A stretch of 64,000 nt of DNA from Lama guanicoe (taxonomy: Eukaryota): NCBI GenBank assembly GCA_013239625.1, contig MU053431.1:434001-498000 (forward strand). Reading direction: 5' to 3'. Made by a program: the position numbers and the translations under genes. How positions within the stretch are numbered: the first letter of the stretch is position 1; every line of letters starts with the position of its first letter. Below are positions 24,461-36,290 of this stretch, one piece after another. Below the pieces are notes generated by a model. It did not search any database, was not told the origin of the DNA, and saw only the letters and a program-made list of their open reading frames with translations.

Positions 24461-27434
24461 TACACAACATCCCGGGTTCCACCCCAGACTCGCTCACACA
24501 GAACCCCCAGGGGAGGACGCAGAACATCACTGCCTTAGGAGTGCATCAGGCGCCAAGCAGAGCTCGGGGCAGCCTCTGCCCTTGCCTGGGCCGCTGTCTC
24601 CCTGCCAGCCGGCGGGCGGCCGGAACCCGCCTTGCAGAGACAGCCCGCTCCCGTTACAGCTCAGACATGCTAGGTCACCCCTTGGTTGTTTGACCAAACA
24701 ACCGAAAGGAACCCACAGTTACGGAGGTCCCTTGTTTCCCTGGGGGTCGGTCCTCCCAGCCGTCCTCTCACTCAGCGAACTTCCGTGGAGCTCTGCCTCC
24801 TCTGCGTTGCAACCTGCCCCTCACTTTGTTTGCAGCAGATCTGCCTTGCCTAAGGACGGCTGAATTATTAATGTCTGACTCTCCGTATCTGAAGCCTCCA
24901 CGTCCACAGCAGAAAAAAAATGGTTCAATTTCAAGTCAAGTTGGGATTTTTCAGGTATATATAGTAAAGAAAAAAATGTCAGGAACCCATTCCCCTGTTT
25001 TCTGTGGCGATGCCTTCAGAGTTTTAATCCAGCAAATAACTCTGTTCTTTCTGGCTCTCACTGCCTGTGCACGGGGCAAGATAAAAGATAAATGGGCCTC
25101 ATCAGTGGAGAGACAGCCCCAGGCGATGGCGGGGCGGCTGCTCTGACGCGAGCGCCTCGTCCTGTGCCCCGCTGTCCTGGGCACTCTGTCTGCAGTGACT
25201 GCTCTGCTGGAACCTGCCGTTTCCGAAGGGGAGCAGAGCACCCGCTTCACCCTCGCAGGTTCCGGAGGATGTGTGGAAACTCCCACCCACTGCCCGTAGC
25301 AGAGCCCCAGGGGTCAGGGAGCCTCATGGCTGCCGGGAGCCCTGGTGCTCGTCGGGGACCCGCGCTCCCACGGCGGAGCTGCCGCGCTGTGACCGTGAGC
25401 TGGCCGAGCCTGCAAGGCAGCCTGTTCTGTCTCTCCGCCCCACGATGGAACGTTGAGGAGCACGTCATGCTTCCAAGGAGACAGCGCACACCGCTCCTGC
25501 CACGCCGTCCGGTTCCCGCAGATGCGGCGAAAAGGCACATGCAAGCTGCCCGAGCTGAGGCACAAAGCTCTGCCTGCAGGCGGTGAGGACGCCCACCACG
25601 TGTGGCCGGTCACCCCGGGGCTTGTCGTTTGCGGCGCATGGTCCGGGGAGTTGAATGTCCAGAATACTCTTGGCCAAGATGGAGCACTCATCACCCATTG
25701 TTATCTTTCTCCACTTCCCAAATTTGTGTGATTATATCCCAAACTATATTTTAAAAGGGAAATATTGGTATCGGAGAAGTGTGCATCCACCTGTCTGAAA
25801 CGTCAAAGCGCTCACACAAGATGTAGGACAGGAAAGACCCTCTCACCTGGGTGAAGGGCCAGAAGCGACGGAAGCGCCTGGTGGGGAAGGAGGACGTGGA
25901 CTGCGGACTGCGCGCAGGGAACGGCAGCACCAGGCGCTCAGGGAGGCAGGAGGCTGCGGGCTGGGGGCTGGGGGCTGCGTGAGGAAGTAGATCCTATCAG
26001 AGAACCCCAAAGCAGGCTGGGGTCTGGTGAGTATCTCTGCCACACTTCACTTACAGATGAAGAAGCAGCGCTCCGGGGGTGCAAAGTCCCCACTGCCAGG
26101 ATCCCTGGCCCAGGACCGGCCTCCTCAGAGCAGGCTGCTCACGGAGGCCAGTCCTAAGGCTGGGCGATACTGAGGCTCTGATGATGGCAGCTCAGCTCCT
26201 CAACTCAGCTGCCACGCAGTGAAGTCCCACCGCGACTCCGGTCCTGTCTGGGCACCGAGGGAGGAAGGGGACAGTCAGCCACAGGCTCTGTTCTCAGAAC
26301 GCTCCTGGCTGTTCAGCGAGATGGAGAAGGCACAAGGAACACCATGCCCGCCCACAGGCACTGCCATGGTGGCGGCCACATGGATGGGGCGCCTCCTGCA
26401 CATCCAAGGTGTCAGGGACGGCCTTTCTCCCGGGAGCCGCTGAGGAGCGATGTCGGGGCAACGGAGGTGTTCATCGTCCCGCTCAGCAGCTGTCAGAGGA
26501 TGTGGAGCTGGAGGGCCACGCAGCGGAGACGGTCAGTCCTGACACTCCTGCTGCCCTGGGAGTGTGAGAAAGACTGGAGAGTGACCACGTGACCTGGGGA
26601 AGACGTCCCCGGAAACTGCCCCCCGGATCCCGAGATTCTGCAGTTTGCATCACCCTCGTTTTGTTCTTCATCTTGCTCACTCTATCGCCAGAAGCCCAAG
26701 TAGGACGTTTATGAAGACACACGCATAATTAATAGGGACAACTCACTAATTTACAAGCCAGCTAATCAATAATCAGGTTAATCTCCTTAGGCATCTGAAG
26801 ACCGCGGTGCACCTCTGTTTACATTGCTGTGGAGCCGCTCTCCGCACCATCAGTCTTTTCGGTGGCTCTGAAGCTGACAGTGTTGGTCACCACGTCGGAA
26901 GCTGGTAGATTAATTTCTGCGAACGTGATATTCTTCCAGTGTACAAATGGCGTGTTAATAGCCCACGACCAGGTGATGGCATTTCCCATCGGGAGAAAAG
27001 ATGTCTTTCTCTCTCGTTCAAAATTTCTAATCAGTCTTTTTGCTTTTTACTTGATCTGTTTAATTTCCTTGCTTGCTTTTAGGTATTCTGAGCATGAGGG
27101 GAAAAATTACTTGTTCTTAAAAAGAATGTGTTATTTAAATAATTTGTTATAGCATCAAGAGGGCACTATGGAAAAAATAAACAAAGCACAGACGGAGGAG
27201 ATTGGGTCCCTAGTCCCGGCGACCATCCTGTCAGTGGTGCTGTGCTGGAGGGGTTTCAGGGCAGACGCAGCTCAAGTGCCGATGGAAACCAGACAAGTGA
27301 TGAAATGAATGAACGGGGCTGGGTGGTAGCAGGGCTGATGGACCAGCCCTTGGCTCTTCTCAATGAGGCCACCTCCTTGTGGCTCAGGTAGCCACTGTTC
27401 TAAAGATTTTGAAAGGTTTCCAACAGATGCCAAA

Positions 27435-27860
27435 CCTCTCTCCGACAGAGTTCTCAGTTGTGGGCAACAGAATCCAATGGAGCTAGTTCAAGTAGAAGTG
27501 AATTTATTAAAGGACCCTGGGGAGCACGTCGCATTTCCAGCAAAACCAGGGGATCAAGTGGATTCTGCACAGCCACCATCAGGGGACCAACTCCCCCGCA
27601 GAACTCCGGGCTGCCTGGGCACTCACCGCCGCCCAGCGACGCGAGGGGCAGGACACCGAGCGCCCACCACACCCGCACCTGCGCGCTTTTCCATCTGCCA
27701 GGACTTGGAAGGCTGTCCGCTCACCAGCACCTAGGCCACCTGCAGCCCCAGCTACGCCAGACTCAGGAAAAGGTGCGTCTTTGCTGCCCGCGCTCTGCAG
27801 TGGGTTGGGAAGGGCTTGAAGTTGGCTTGAGTGGACCACCATCCAGTATTTGTCTCAACA
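27435..27860 (-). mobile_element. Old MaLR LTR (MLT1K/L-like), degraded
   Basis: gttctcagttgtgggcaacagaatccaatggagctagttcaagtagaagtgaatttattaaagg is the antisense start of old MLT1 LTRs. Confidence 0.6.
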
Positions 27861-28175
27861 ACTAACGAAAACCAAAAGATAAACAAAATTAAGGCTGTGT
27901 TGTTGAAACTGTGCAGCCCGTGGGCCACAGGGGCCGCAGTTGCTGCTGATCAGTCATCCTTTGCAAGCAGGGGTCTTGCTTCATGCGTCGCAGTGCCCTG
28001 CACAGCCCCTGCCTGGGGCTGGCACCGGGAAGGCTCCTCCCCCGCCCCCTCCTGCAGGCCCTTCGCCCCGATGGTCTGGGCAGCTGGCCGTTCTCGCCCA
28101 CCGCTTTGTTTTTGCACAGACGCCACCTCCAAAGCATGCCAATGCTCTCCAACATATTTTTTATCCTAAATCAAG

Positions 28176-28982
28176 TCACGCCAGTCAGAATGGCCATCAT
28201 TCAAAAATCCACAAATGATAAATGCTGGAGAGAGGCTGTGGAGAAAAGGGAGCCCTCCCACACTGCTGGTGGGAATGCAGCTTGGTGCAGCCACTGTGGA
28301 AAACAGTATGGAGATTCCTCAAAAGACTAGGAATAGACTTCCCATGACCCAGGAATCCCGCTCTTGGGCATATATTCAGAAGGGACCCTACTTCAAAAAG
28401 ACACCTGCGCCCCAATGTTCATAGCAGCACTATTTACAACAGCCAAGACATGGAGACAGCCTAAATGTCCATCAACAGATGACTGGATAAAGAAGATGTG
28501 GTATATTTATACAACAGAATACTACTCAGCCATAAAAACCGACAACGCCATTTGCAACAACATGGATGTTTCTGGAGAATGTCATTCTAAGTGAAGTAAG
28601 CCAGAAAGAGAAAGAAAAATACCATATGAGATCGCTTATATGTGGAATCTGAAAAAAAAACAAAAAAAACATAAATACAAAACAGAAACAGACTCATATA
28701 CATAGAATACAAACTTGTGGTTGCCAAGGGGGCGGGGGTTGGGAAGGGACAGACTGGGAGTTCGAAATTTGTAGATGCTGACAGGCATATGCAGAATAGA
28801 TAAACAAGATTATACTGTGTAGCACAGGGAAATATATACAAGATCTTGCGGTAGCTCACAGTGAAAAAAAATGTGACAATGAATATATGTATGTTCATGT
28901 ACAACTGAAAAATTGTGCTCTACACTGGAATTTGACACAACATTGTAAATGGACTGTAACTCAATTAAAAAATGTTAAAAAA
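28176..28982 (+). mobile_element. Young 5'-truncated L1: ORF2 C-terminus plus 3' UTR and A-rich tail
   Basis: [17 protein letters not shown] and LGIY...[46 protein letters not shown] are the L1 ORF2p C-terminus. Frameshifted. Confidence 0.97.
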
Positions 28983-30389
28983 TAGTTACTGAGCTGACTC
29001 ATTTTCGTGGCTATTCAGAAAATAATTTTGTCGCCATTACTGCTACATTTTGTGGCAACTAGAAGCAGGGGTAACCCACCTGGCCTGGTATTTGGTCAGG
29101 GGAGAGAGCCCGCTAGCATCCAGAATTTTCCTGATTCCAACCTGGCCTGGCTTTTGTTCACCTTTGTCACCCCAGGAAGGATCCTGGTGCCTCGAAAATC
29201 CTAGGTGCCCAGGAAACATTGACAGATAGATGAAGGCGTGACTGAAGATGACTTATGGGCGCTGCATACAGACCCCCTCATCACCCCACAGCTTTCCCAG
29301 GATGGTCCCTTGGTCTCTCTTCTCAGGTTAGATGAAATGAGAATGCTGCAGGTTGATTATCCGGGCAGAAAGCTCACGTCCATTGCCTTGTTTCTAACTA
29401 GCTCAGTTTCTCTGTCAACCCCCCATTTTTGCAGGAGGCAGAAAGTAAATCCCAGCGGGTTCGGGGTCCCCTGCCCTCCCCCCAACCTGTGTCTGGTCTG
29501 GGTCTTACAAGGAGCCGCCGAGCCACCGAATCCAGGAGAGGAGGGGCTGGGTTTTGTTGCCCGCACTCCACTGAGCTCTGAGGCTCAGCTCCCTTCCCAC
29601 CTCTCAGGGACGATTTGTCGTGGCACAGCGAGACCCCAGTGTCGAGGCCGGCTGTGGTACGATCAGTGCCTCCAGAAGTCAAGATAAACGGTCTGCTGCA
29701 TCCCACAGCACAGCGAGGACACCCACGAATCCGAGGGACTGCCCAGGGCCCCCCGGCCTCAACCTGTCCGAGGCCATGTCTGAGCCACCCAGGTCAGTGG
29801 GCGTCCTCTGTGGTCATGACAGGTCCCCAGGTCCCACCTGACACTGGGGCAGGGTCCTCTGCGTTTAATCCCCAAAGTTGTCCTGTGATTTCTTTCATCC
29901 TTTGGATACAAGTCTTTGAAGGGTTGTGTGTCTTTATGTTTCATGGTGACTGTGGGAGTGGAATTGCTGAGGCCAGGAGTACGATAAGTTTAAATTAAGA
30001 AGCTGCCAAGTTATCTTTCTCAAGTGGTGGTGCCCTCTCATATCTCCACCTCAATAGTGAGTCTGTGGACCCGCCCGCTGGCCACATTCTGGGCGCTGGG
30101 ACGCTGGCCCCGGGGCTGTTGGACAGAGGTGCTCTGTGTCAGGTCCAAGATGACCGCGCGGAGGAGTTCACACGTACCTCCTCCATTGGCGCTTCCCAGA
30201 GCGCGGGCCACGCACCACTGCTTTTTGCCGAAATGATTGTATTTGGTACTAAAAGTGCATGCAATGTGATGAGATCGTGCTGTGAGGAAGTCACCCCCTT
30301 TCAGTTCTCTGTGAACGTCCCCGATGCAGCTGGGAGACTGAACCGCTCCCTAACGTCTCTGTAACACTTGCTAATCTCCTTAAACAGTA

Positions 30390-30520
30390 AGCTTTTTACT
30401 GAGATAGTCATAGATTCGCGTGCAGTTATCAGGACTGATATGGAGAAATTCCACACACTCTTCACCTGGTTCCCCCAGTGGTGGCATCTTGTGAAACTGT
30501 CGCCCACATTCAGAACCTGA
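30390..30520 (-). mobile_element. L1MC/MD-like 3' terminal fragment
   Basis: tttactgagatagtcatagattc...gcagtt...cttcacctggttcccccagtggtggcatctt. Confidence 0.7.
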
Positions 30521-31049
30521 TCTCCCTTTGCAGCAAAGAGGGAGCGCTTTCTCAAGCTCAGAGTCTTCACTGTGTGGCTAGGATTTAATACGTGTTTTAT
30601 TTGATGACACTTATTTTGAAGGGTTACATTCTATTTATAACACATACTGCTGGCTTTCCATTTACAATCAGAACAAAAGTTTTATTTCTAAGTAAATTGA
30701 TTTAGGTTTAAAATTGAGTTATTTTCAAGAATATGCTACAGAAGTGATTAGTGCTAGCAGTATGCAGATGTGGAAAATCACAAAAATGGATGATAAGTAA
30801 CTGAGTTCAGGGAAATGCTGATTCTGTGCTGGCAAACAGGAGTGGCCCCAGATCCTAGTTCTTCTGCATTGAGCAAGAACTATGGTCTGACACATCCAGA
30901 GCAAACCGACTCGTTCATTCACTCTGTTCATTCATGCAACAGATGTTTACTCTCCCTTGGAACTTAACTTCCCAACAGACCAATGGCTTCTTTAGAGCAG
31001 ACCCAGGTCCATCCATCACCATGTCCTCAGGTGATGCTTCACGACAGGT

Positions 31050-31405
31050 GCTGTCATGGACCGCATACCTGTTTCCTCCAGGGATTCACAGTTAGAGCTC
31101 TGGTCCCAGTGGGGCGATGTTAGGAGGTGAGGCCTTTGGCAGGTGATGAAGTTTAGGTGAGCTCGTGCGGGCGGGGCCCCCATGATGGGATTAGTGCCCT
31201 TCTGAGAAGAGAAGGGGACACCTGCTTCCCTTTTTCACCAGGTGGGACCCAGCGGGAAGGAGGCTTCTGCAGGCAAGGAAGCCGGCCCCCATCCAGAACT
31301 GAGTCTGCAGACTTCCAGCCTCCAGGGCTGTGAAAAATAAATGTCTGTTGTCTAAGCCCCTCATTCTACGGCGTTTTGTCATAGCAGCATGAGCTAGCTG
31401 AGACT
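31050..31405 (+). mobile_element. MaLR solo LTR (MLT1A-like)
   Basis: ggaggtgaggcctttggcaggtgat...catgatgggattagtgccctt...gacttccagcctccagggctgtgaaaaataaatgtctgttgtctaagcc. Confidence 0.92.
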
Positions 31406-31589
31406 GGAGCTAGGCGATGTGCTGCTGGGTGGTGGGTCCAGGACCACGCGCCCCTGTGCACAGGCAGAACCAGAGACCACCTGCCAACAGCAAGGACAGA
31501 CAGAAAGGTTGCTGGACCCAATGACACCTCTTACGCCACAAAACCATCACATTCCTGACTCCTACACATTCCACCAGGCCCTGGCAGAA

Positions 31590-32260
31590 CTGCAGGTGAG
31601 TGTTAACAAAACTGCTGGAAGCAGATGATTTCTTTGTCCATGGAATGTAAACGATAGGAACATATTCTCAGTTAATTTGACGAGGTTAGAACAACCCTGA
31701 AATGAAAACAAGATAACAGTGGAGCGAGGAAAGGGAAATTTGGCTAAATCTCACTTACGAATGAATGAATATGCAAAATGCATTATTAAAATACCCATCA
31801 CCCAGTAAGTATTAAAATATGCAAAATGCACCCTGGCCAGTGGACTTCACTCCAGAAGTGAGATCACGTCTGCGAGCGTCCTAGTGACAGGCTGGGGGAG
31901 AGCCGGGCTGCAGCTGCTGTCATGGCGCCAGAAAGGCCGTGAGGAAATTAGACGGAATTAGGCATCCACTCCTGATGAAGAGGGTCAGTAAAGCAGCAGC
32001 GGAGGTAAACTTCCTCAGTGTGTCAGAAGCCACTACCTCACAACGTCATCTGGATAGAGTCAGAGTGATTAACGTCAGGAAACCACAAGGGCCCCTGAGT
32101 CAACATTATGATATCGCTTTTTCCCGGTGATGTGAATGCATTAAACAAGAAAAATGTCAGATGTATAAATATTGTAGATATGTAGATAAGCTGACTTCAT
32201 TAAAAAAATCACTTTAAAAGGATTGGAATCAATAAGTAAGAATTTAGGAAGGTGGGCAAG
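31590..32260 (+). mobile_element. Old L1M ORF2 (RT-region) fragment
   Basis: aatctcacttacgaat...atgcaaaa...aaaata, catccactcctgat and aacttcctca are degraded L1 ORF2. Confidence 0.65.
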
Positions 32261-32267
32261 TGTAAAC

Positions 32268-32287
32268 TGTGTGTGTGTGTGTGTGTG
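32268..32287. repeat. (TG)n microsatellite
   Basis: Directly visible. Confidence 0.9.
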
Positions 32288-32887
32288 CGCGCACGTCCCG
32301 GCCTGCCTGGCCGCCCTGGGTGAGTGCCGGGCCTGTTCCCTGCCAGACCTGCGGGAGGGGGCTTGGTGGTCACCCCGTGGGGACAGCAGCTCCGGCTCTG
32401 GATGCAGGCAGGTCCCAGCTGGGACCCGCAGACCAGCGAGCCCTCTCTTCTCTGGAGAGATGGGAAAGGGCTCTGTGCTGTCCTCGTGCTTGTTTTTATT
32501 TTTGTGTTTGTTTTGGCTGTTGTGAGAAACTAAGATGCTCAACTCTTCCTCTGGGCAGGGGAGCTCTCTTCTCTTCCCCCAGGGTCTTGGGGAGAGGAGG
32601 AAGTGTTACGTTCTGCTTCACTTCTGCACAGATCCTAGGAGCCTGTGCCACGGTGTGAAGGGAGGAGGACCTACTCCAACTCGGCTCACGTCCTGGGATC
32701 TCACACGTGGCCTGGGAACGTGCCGGGGGTCCAGAGTGGGAGGTCGGTCCCGAGCAAGTAAGATCTTACAAGCTGCAACACGGAGCTAGTGTTAACCTGA
32801 GGGACGGGAAGGGGGGAGGCAGGGGTATGGATCCTGCAGTTAATTTACCATGTTGTGTTTTTGTTTCTGTTTCTCTTTACTTCTTAT

Positions 32888-32909
32888 ACACACACACACA
32901 CACACACAC
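32888..32909. repeat. (AC)n microsatellite
   Basis: Directly visible. Confidence 0.95.
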
Positions 32910-33220
32910 AAACGCACAGCATACAAACACACCGACGCCCCACACTTGCTGTCCCATGGCCTGGGACTCAAACTCCCCAGAGCTATAGACAAAGGTCTTC
33001 TTTTATCACTTAGATTGCAGCTTCAGTGCTTCCCCTCAAGTCATGTTTTCTAACTGCCTTTTCTAGCAACCTCCCTGACACCAGCAGCAACCGCTAACCC
33101 AGCTCTCCCACTTCCTGTCTTTTGTAGACGGTTCCCTGACACAGCAGCATCTGATCCAGCCACTTTCTTTCCTGGCTGCTTCATTGCAGCCGGGACACAG
33201 GCTGAGATGCAGTTTGGATC

Positions 33221-33241
33221 TTCAGCACCAAGGGCAGCGCC
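33221..33241 (+). promoter_or_regulatory. RE1/NRSE (REST-binding) motif
   Basis: TTCAGCACCAAGGGCAGCGCC versus consensus TTCAGCACCACGGACAGCGCC: 19/21 with the canonical 2-bp spacer. Confidence 0.6.
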
Positions 33242-33804
33242 ACCACGCTGGATAGTCTGTAAATTTTGAATGAATGAACAGAATAGGCACATTTATGCAT
33301 GTATCAATTCTACTCAGCATGTGCTGGGAAATTTAAAGAACACATAGAAGAAATCAGAAGTTTCTTTAGAAGGTGTTACTAGAAATCGATACAACTATAA
33401 AAGCAAGACACAACCTTTAACCAAAGTCCAAATCTTGACTGTAAAGCCCCCATTCTTCGTGGTGTCTCTTTCTTTAACCAGAGGACTCTGCCCGATGCCC
33501 ATCTGCGTAATGGGACGTGAAGGTGGGCGTGTGTTGTTAACATTTAGTGCTAGTGTAGTCCTTCCATACGGATAGGGAACTTTGTTTCAAATTCTACTGA
33601 TTAAGATGTCAGAAGGTGCGATTCTTGGGACAAAACAGCTGAATATATGATCAAATGTATTTGATAAAAGGCGAGGTGAGGAAAGTTTCTTGTATCACCT
33701 GACCATCAGCCTGTAGAGAGTTGCAGAGTTTTCGAAGGCGTAAATCAAAGCCTAAAAACGAAAGCCCCACATTCAAAGGATTACAGCAACAGTAAAGAGC
33801 TGTC

Positions 33805-34012
33805 ACAGACACTTACGGTGTGTCGTGCACACCCTAAGCCACTTGTAGGTGTTAGTTCATTTAATCTTGATAATAACCCAGTAGGTCAATCCTGTTAATA
33901 GCTGCACTTTACAGGTGAGGAAATGAAAGCACCAGAATGTTCCATGACTCTGTCCAGGTCCCACAATGAGTCAGACGTGGACCTGAAGTTCAACCCCAGA
34001 CACCCTGGCTCC
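33805..34012 (-). mobile_element. MIR SINE
   Basis: tcatttaatctt...aaccc...tttacaggtgaggaaatgaaagca...gttcaaccccag. Confidence 0.85.
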
Positions 34013-35942
34013 ACATTCTGCCTCAGCTGCAACACAGTAAGGTTCACCAGGACCTTCGGAATGGAGCAGACGAGGAAAGTTGTGAGGGATACTTTGAGAG
34101 CAGAAAAGTTGTTTGGGAAAAGCAAGGCAGCTTTTTTTCCCCCCCACTATCAAAACACCTGGATAAAGAGGGAAAGTGGAAAAGGGTTCTGCCATCTGGA
34201 CACGACATTGATGTTTATCGTTAACACCTGCATTTTTTGTAGATGTGCGTGGCTCTCAGGTACCATGGGGACAGAGCTCCCAAAAAGAAAGATTCATGAC
34301 CCCTCATTCCTCGCCTGGACCGAAAAGCAGCCCCACAGCTAAAGCACGCCGAGCAGCCCCTCCGAGGACGTGAGGACTGCCAGGGGCTTCCCTTGGGAGT
34401 CGTTTGTAGTGTTGAAGGCGGTTCTTAGCCTTAAAATAAATTAAATAAATTAAAACTGAGGAAGTTTAATTTTAAGACATTTTAAGAAGAATTTTGGAAA
34501 GTCGGGTGCAGGAGTTGAAATTTGACTTGAAAGAGATAAAACTTGTATGTGTAGGAATTTAATGAGAAATCGGTTATTCTAACCAGGGAATACATGATGC
34601 TGGACATGCCTCGGCATTGTGGTGGTTTGGGGACTTTCTTACAGACGTCGAATCTAGAAGCTGGAAGCAGTGTGAACAATGAACTGTTCATCTAGGAAGA
34701 TCAAACTGATTTCTTCTGACTTTACACTAAGGTGCCACAGAAATGTGATTTATCAGGCTGTCAGTTTTGTTATTTCTGGAAGGCATTTCAAAACATCCTA
34801 CAAGGATCAGAATTAATTTTGTAATAATGAGATCAGATCAGGATATATATCTGATATTTTGGATAACACTGCCCAGTGCTTTTGGTTATACAGTCAATTC
34901 TGCCTAGATATTAGCATGCTTTAGTAAGATCGCAGTGTCAATACATTTCACAGAATGTGTGTTTCTACACATTCTCAGCCCTGCTCCTCCGGTGTGGAAT
35001 AATTTTCATCTCAGTGGGATATCAGCCATGAATTTGATTCCAAAACAAGTGGTGAAATCGAAACTTATTTCTCCCTTTTCCCCCCATTCTTTATTTCCTC
35101 TTTCTCTGCTAGAAAACTGCTTAAATCTTTTCTTTGGAAACACTTTTCCCAAGAGGTCTCATTTACTACTAAGGAAATTTAACTTAGTTTTAGAGCTGAA
35201 GGAAATGTCAACACGAGCAAGATTTTAATGATCATCTGATTGCATTTAACATTCACCAAAAAAAGTCTCTTGTTTGGGAAGCTCACGATAATTGAAAATA
35301 TATAATTTTTAAATTATGTATGTGCTGCTGATGCTGGTGCTGTGAGGATGAAAAGCAGACCACTGAAATGCTCTTCTTCCTACGCTGATGCTGGAAACAT
35401 TTGAACGGCCAGATAGTCACGGGCGGCTGTGCGGTCCACGTGCAGAGGCCGCTTGCTCCGGCTGCCGGGGCTGGTCCCTCAGTGTGGCGAGCTGAGCACA
35501 AGCCTGAAGCAGGCCTTAGGGGAAGCAGGCCTTAGGCTCCCTTCTGTTAGAAACAGTGTCACGTCATCTGCCTTGGCATCAAACACATGTGCTCACCCTT
35601 CTGGCAGGACCAGAAAAAATCAGTGCAAATAAGGAGGCCGTTCAGAACCACACTATCCCTGCAAGACAGGACCACGGCGGAAATTTCAAAAGACTTGTGA
35701 TCCTAAATCTTGGCTTCTCGGGCCGAGTCGTTGTTACCACAGACCCAGCCTCCCTGAGCCTGTGACTCCCCTGTGACGTGGATGTGACTGGTTCACTGAG
35801 CTTGATGTTTGGTGCAATGGCATATGCTTAACCCATTGTAACTCATCCTATAATAATAAATAATAATACAGTTGTTGTGACTATGAACAACAGGCGAATA
35901 ATCCTTTTCTACTCACACTCATTCACATTTACTGTGTGCCGG

Positions 35943-36290
35943 TGTCTTAGCTCAGACTGCTAGATCAGAACACCATAAGCCCGGTGGTTTTCCAACCCGA
36001 CACTTGTTTCTCACAGTCTGGAGGCTGGAGGTCTGAGACCAGGGTGCCAGCCTGACCAGGGTCTGGTGCGGTCTCCCTTGGGGTCGCAGACTACTGCCTT
36101 TTCCTTTTATCCCCAGTTGGTGGACAGAGAGAGCATTGGCTGTCTGGCCTCCCCATGCAAGGGCACTGATCCCACTCCTGGGGCTCCACCCTCATGACCT
36201 CCTGGAGGCCCCGTATTCAGAAACCATCCCTTTGGAGATTAGGTTTCAACATACGAATTCCGGGGAGACACAACCATTCAGTCCGTAAGA
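35943..36290 (-). mobile_element. MaLR solo LTR (MLT1A-like) inserted into a MIR
   Basis: tgtcttagctcagactgct...tttctcacagtctggaggctgg...ctccaccctcatgacct...ttaggtttcaacatacgaatt. MIR-like sequence lies on both sides (~35915-35942 and ~36291-36395). Confidence 0.92.

Noticed and set aside
31768..31832. 15-bp direct repeat aatatgcaaaatgca as paired octamer sites
   Set aside because: It lies inside a decayed L1 ORF2 segment and does not match ATGCAAAT exactly. A small local duplication explains it.
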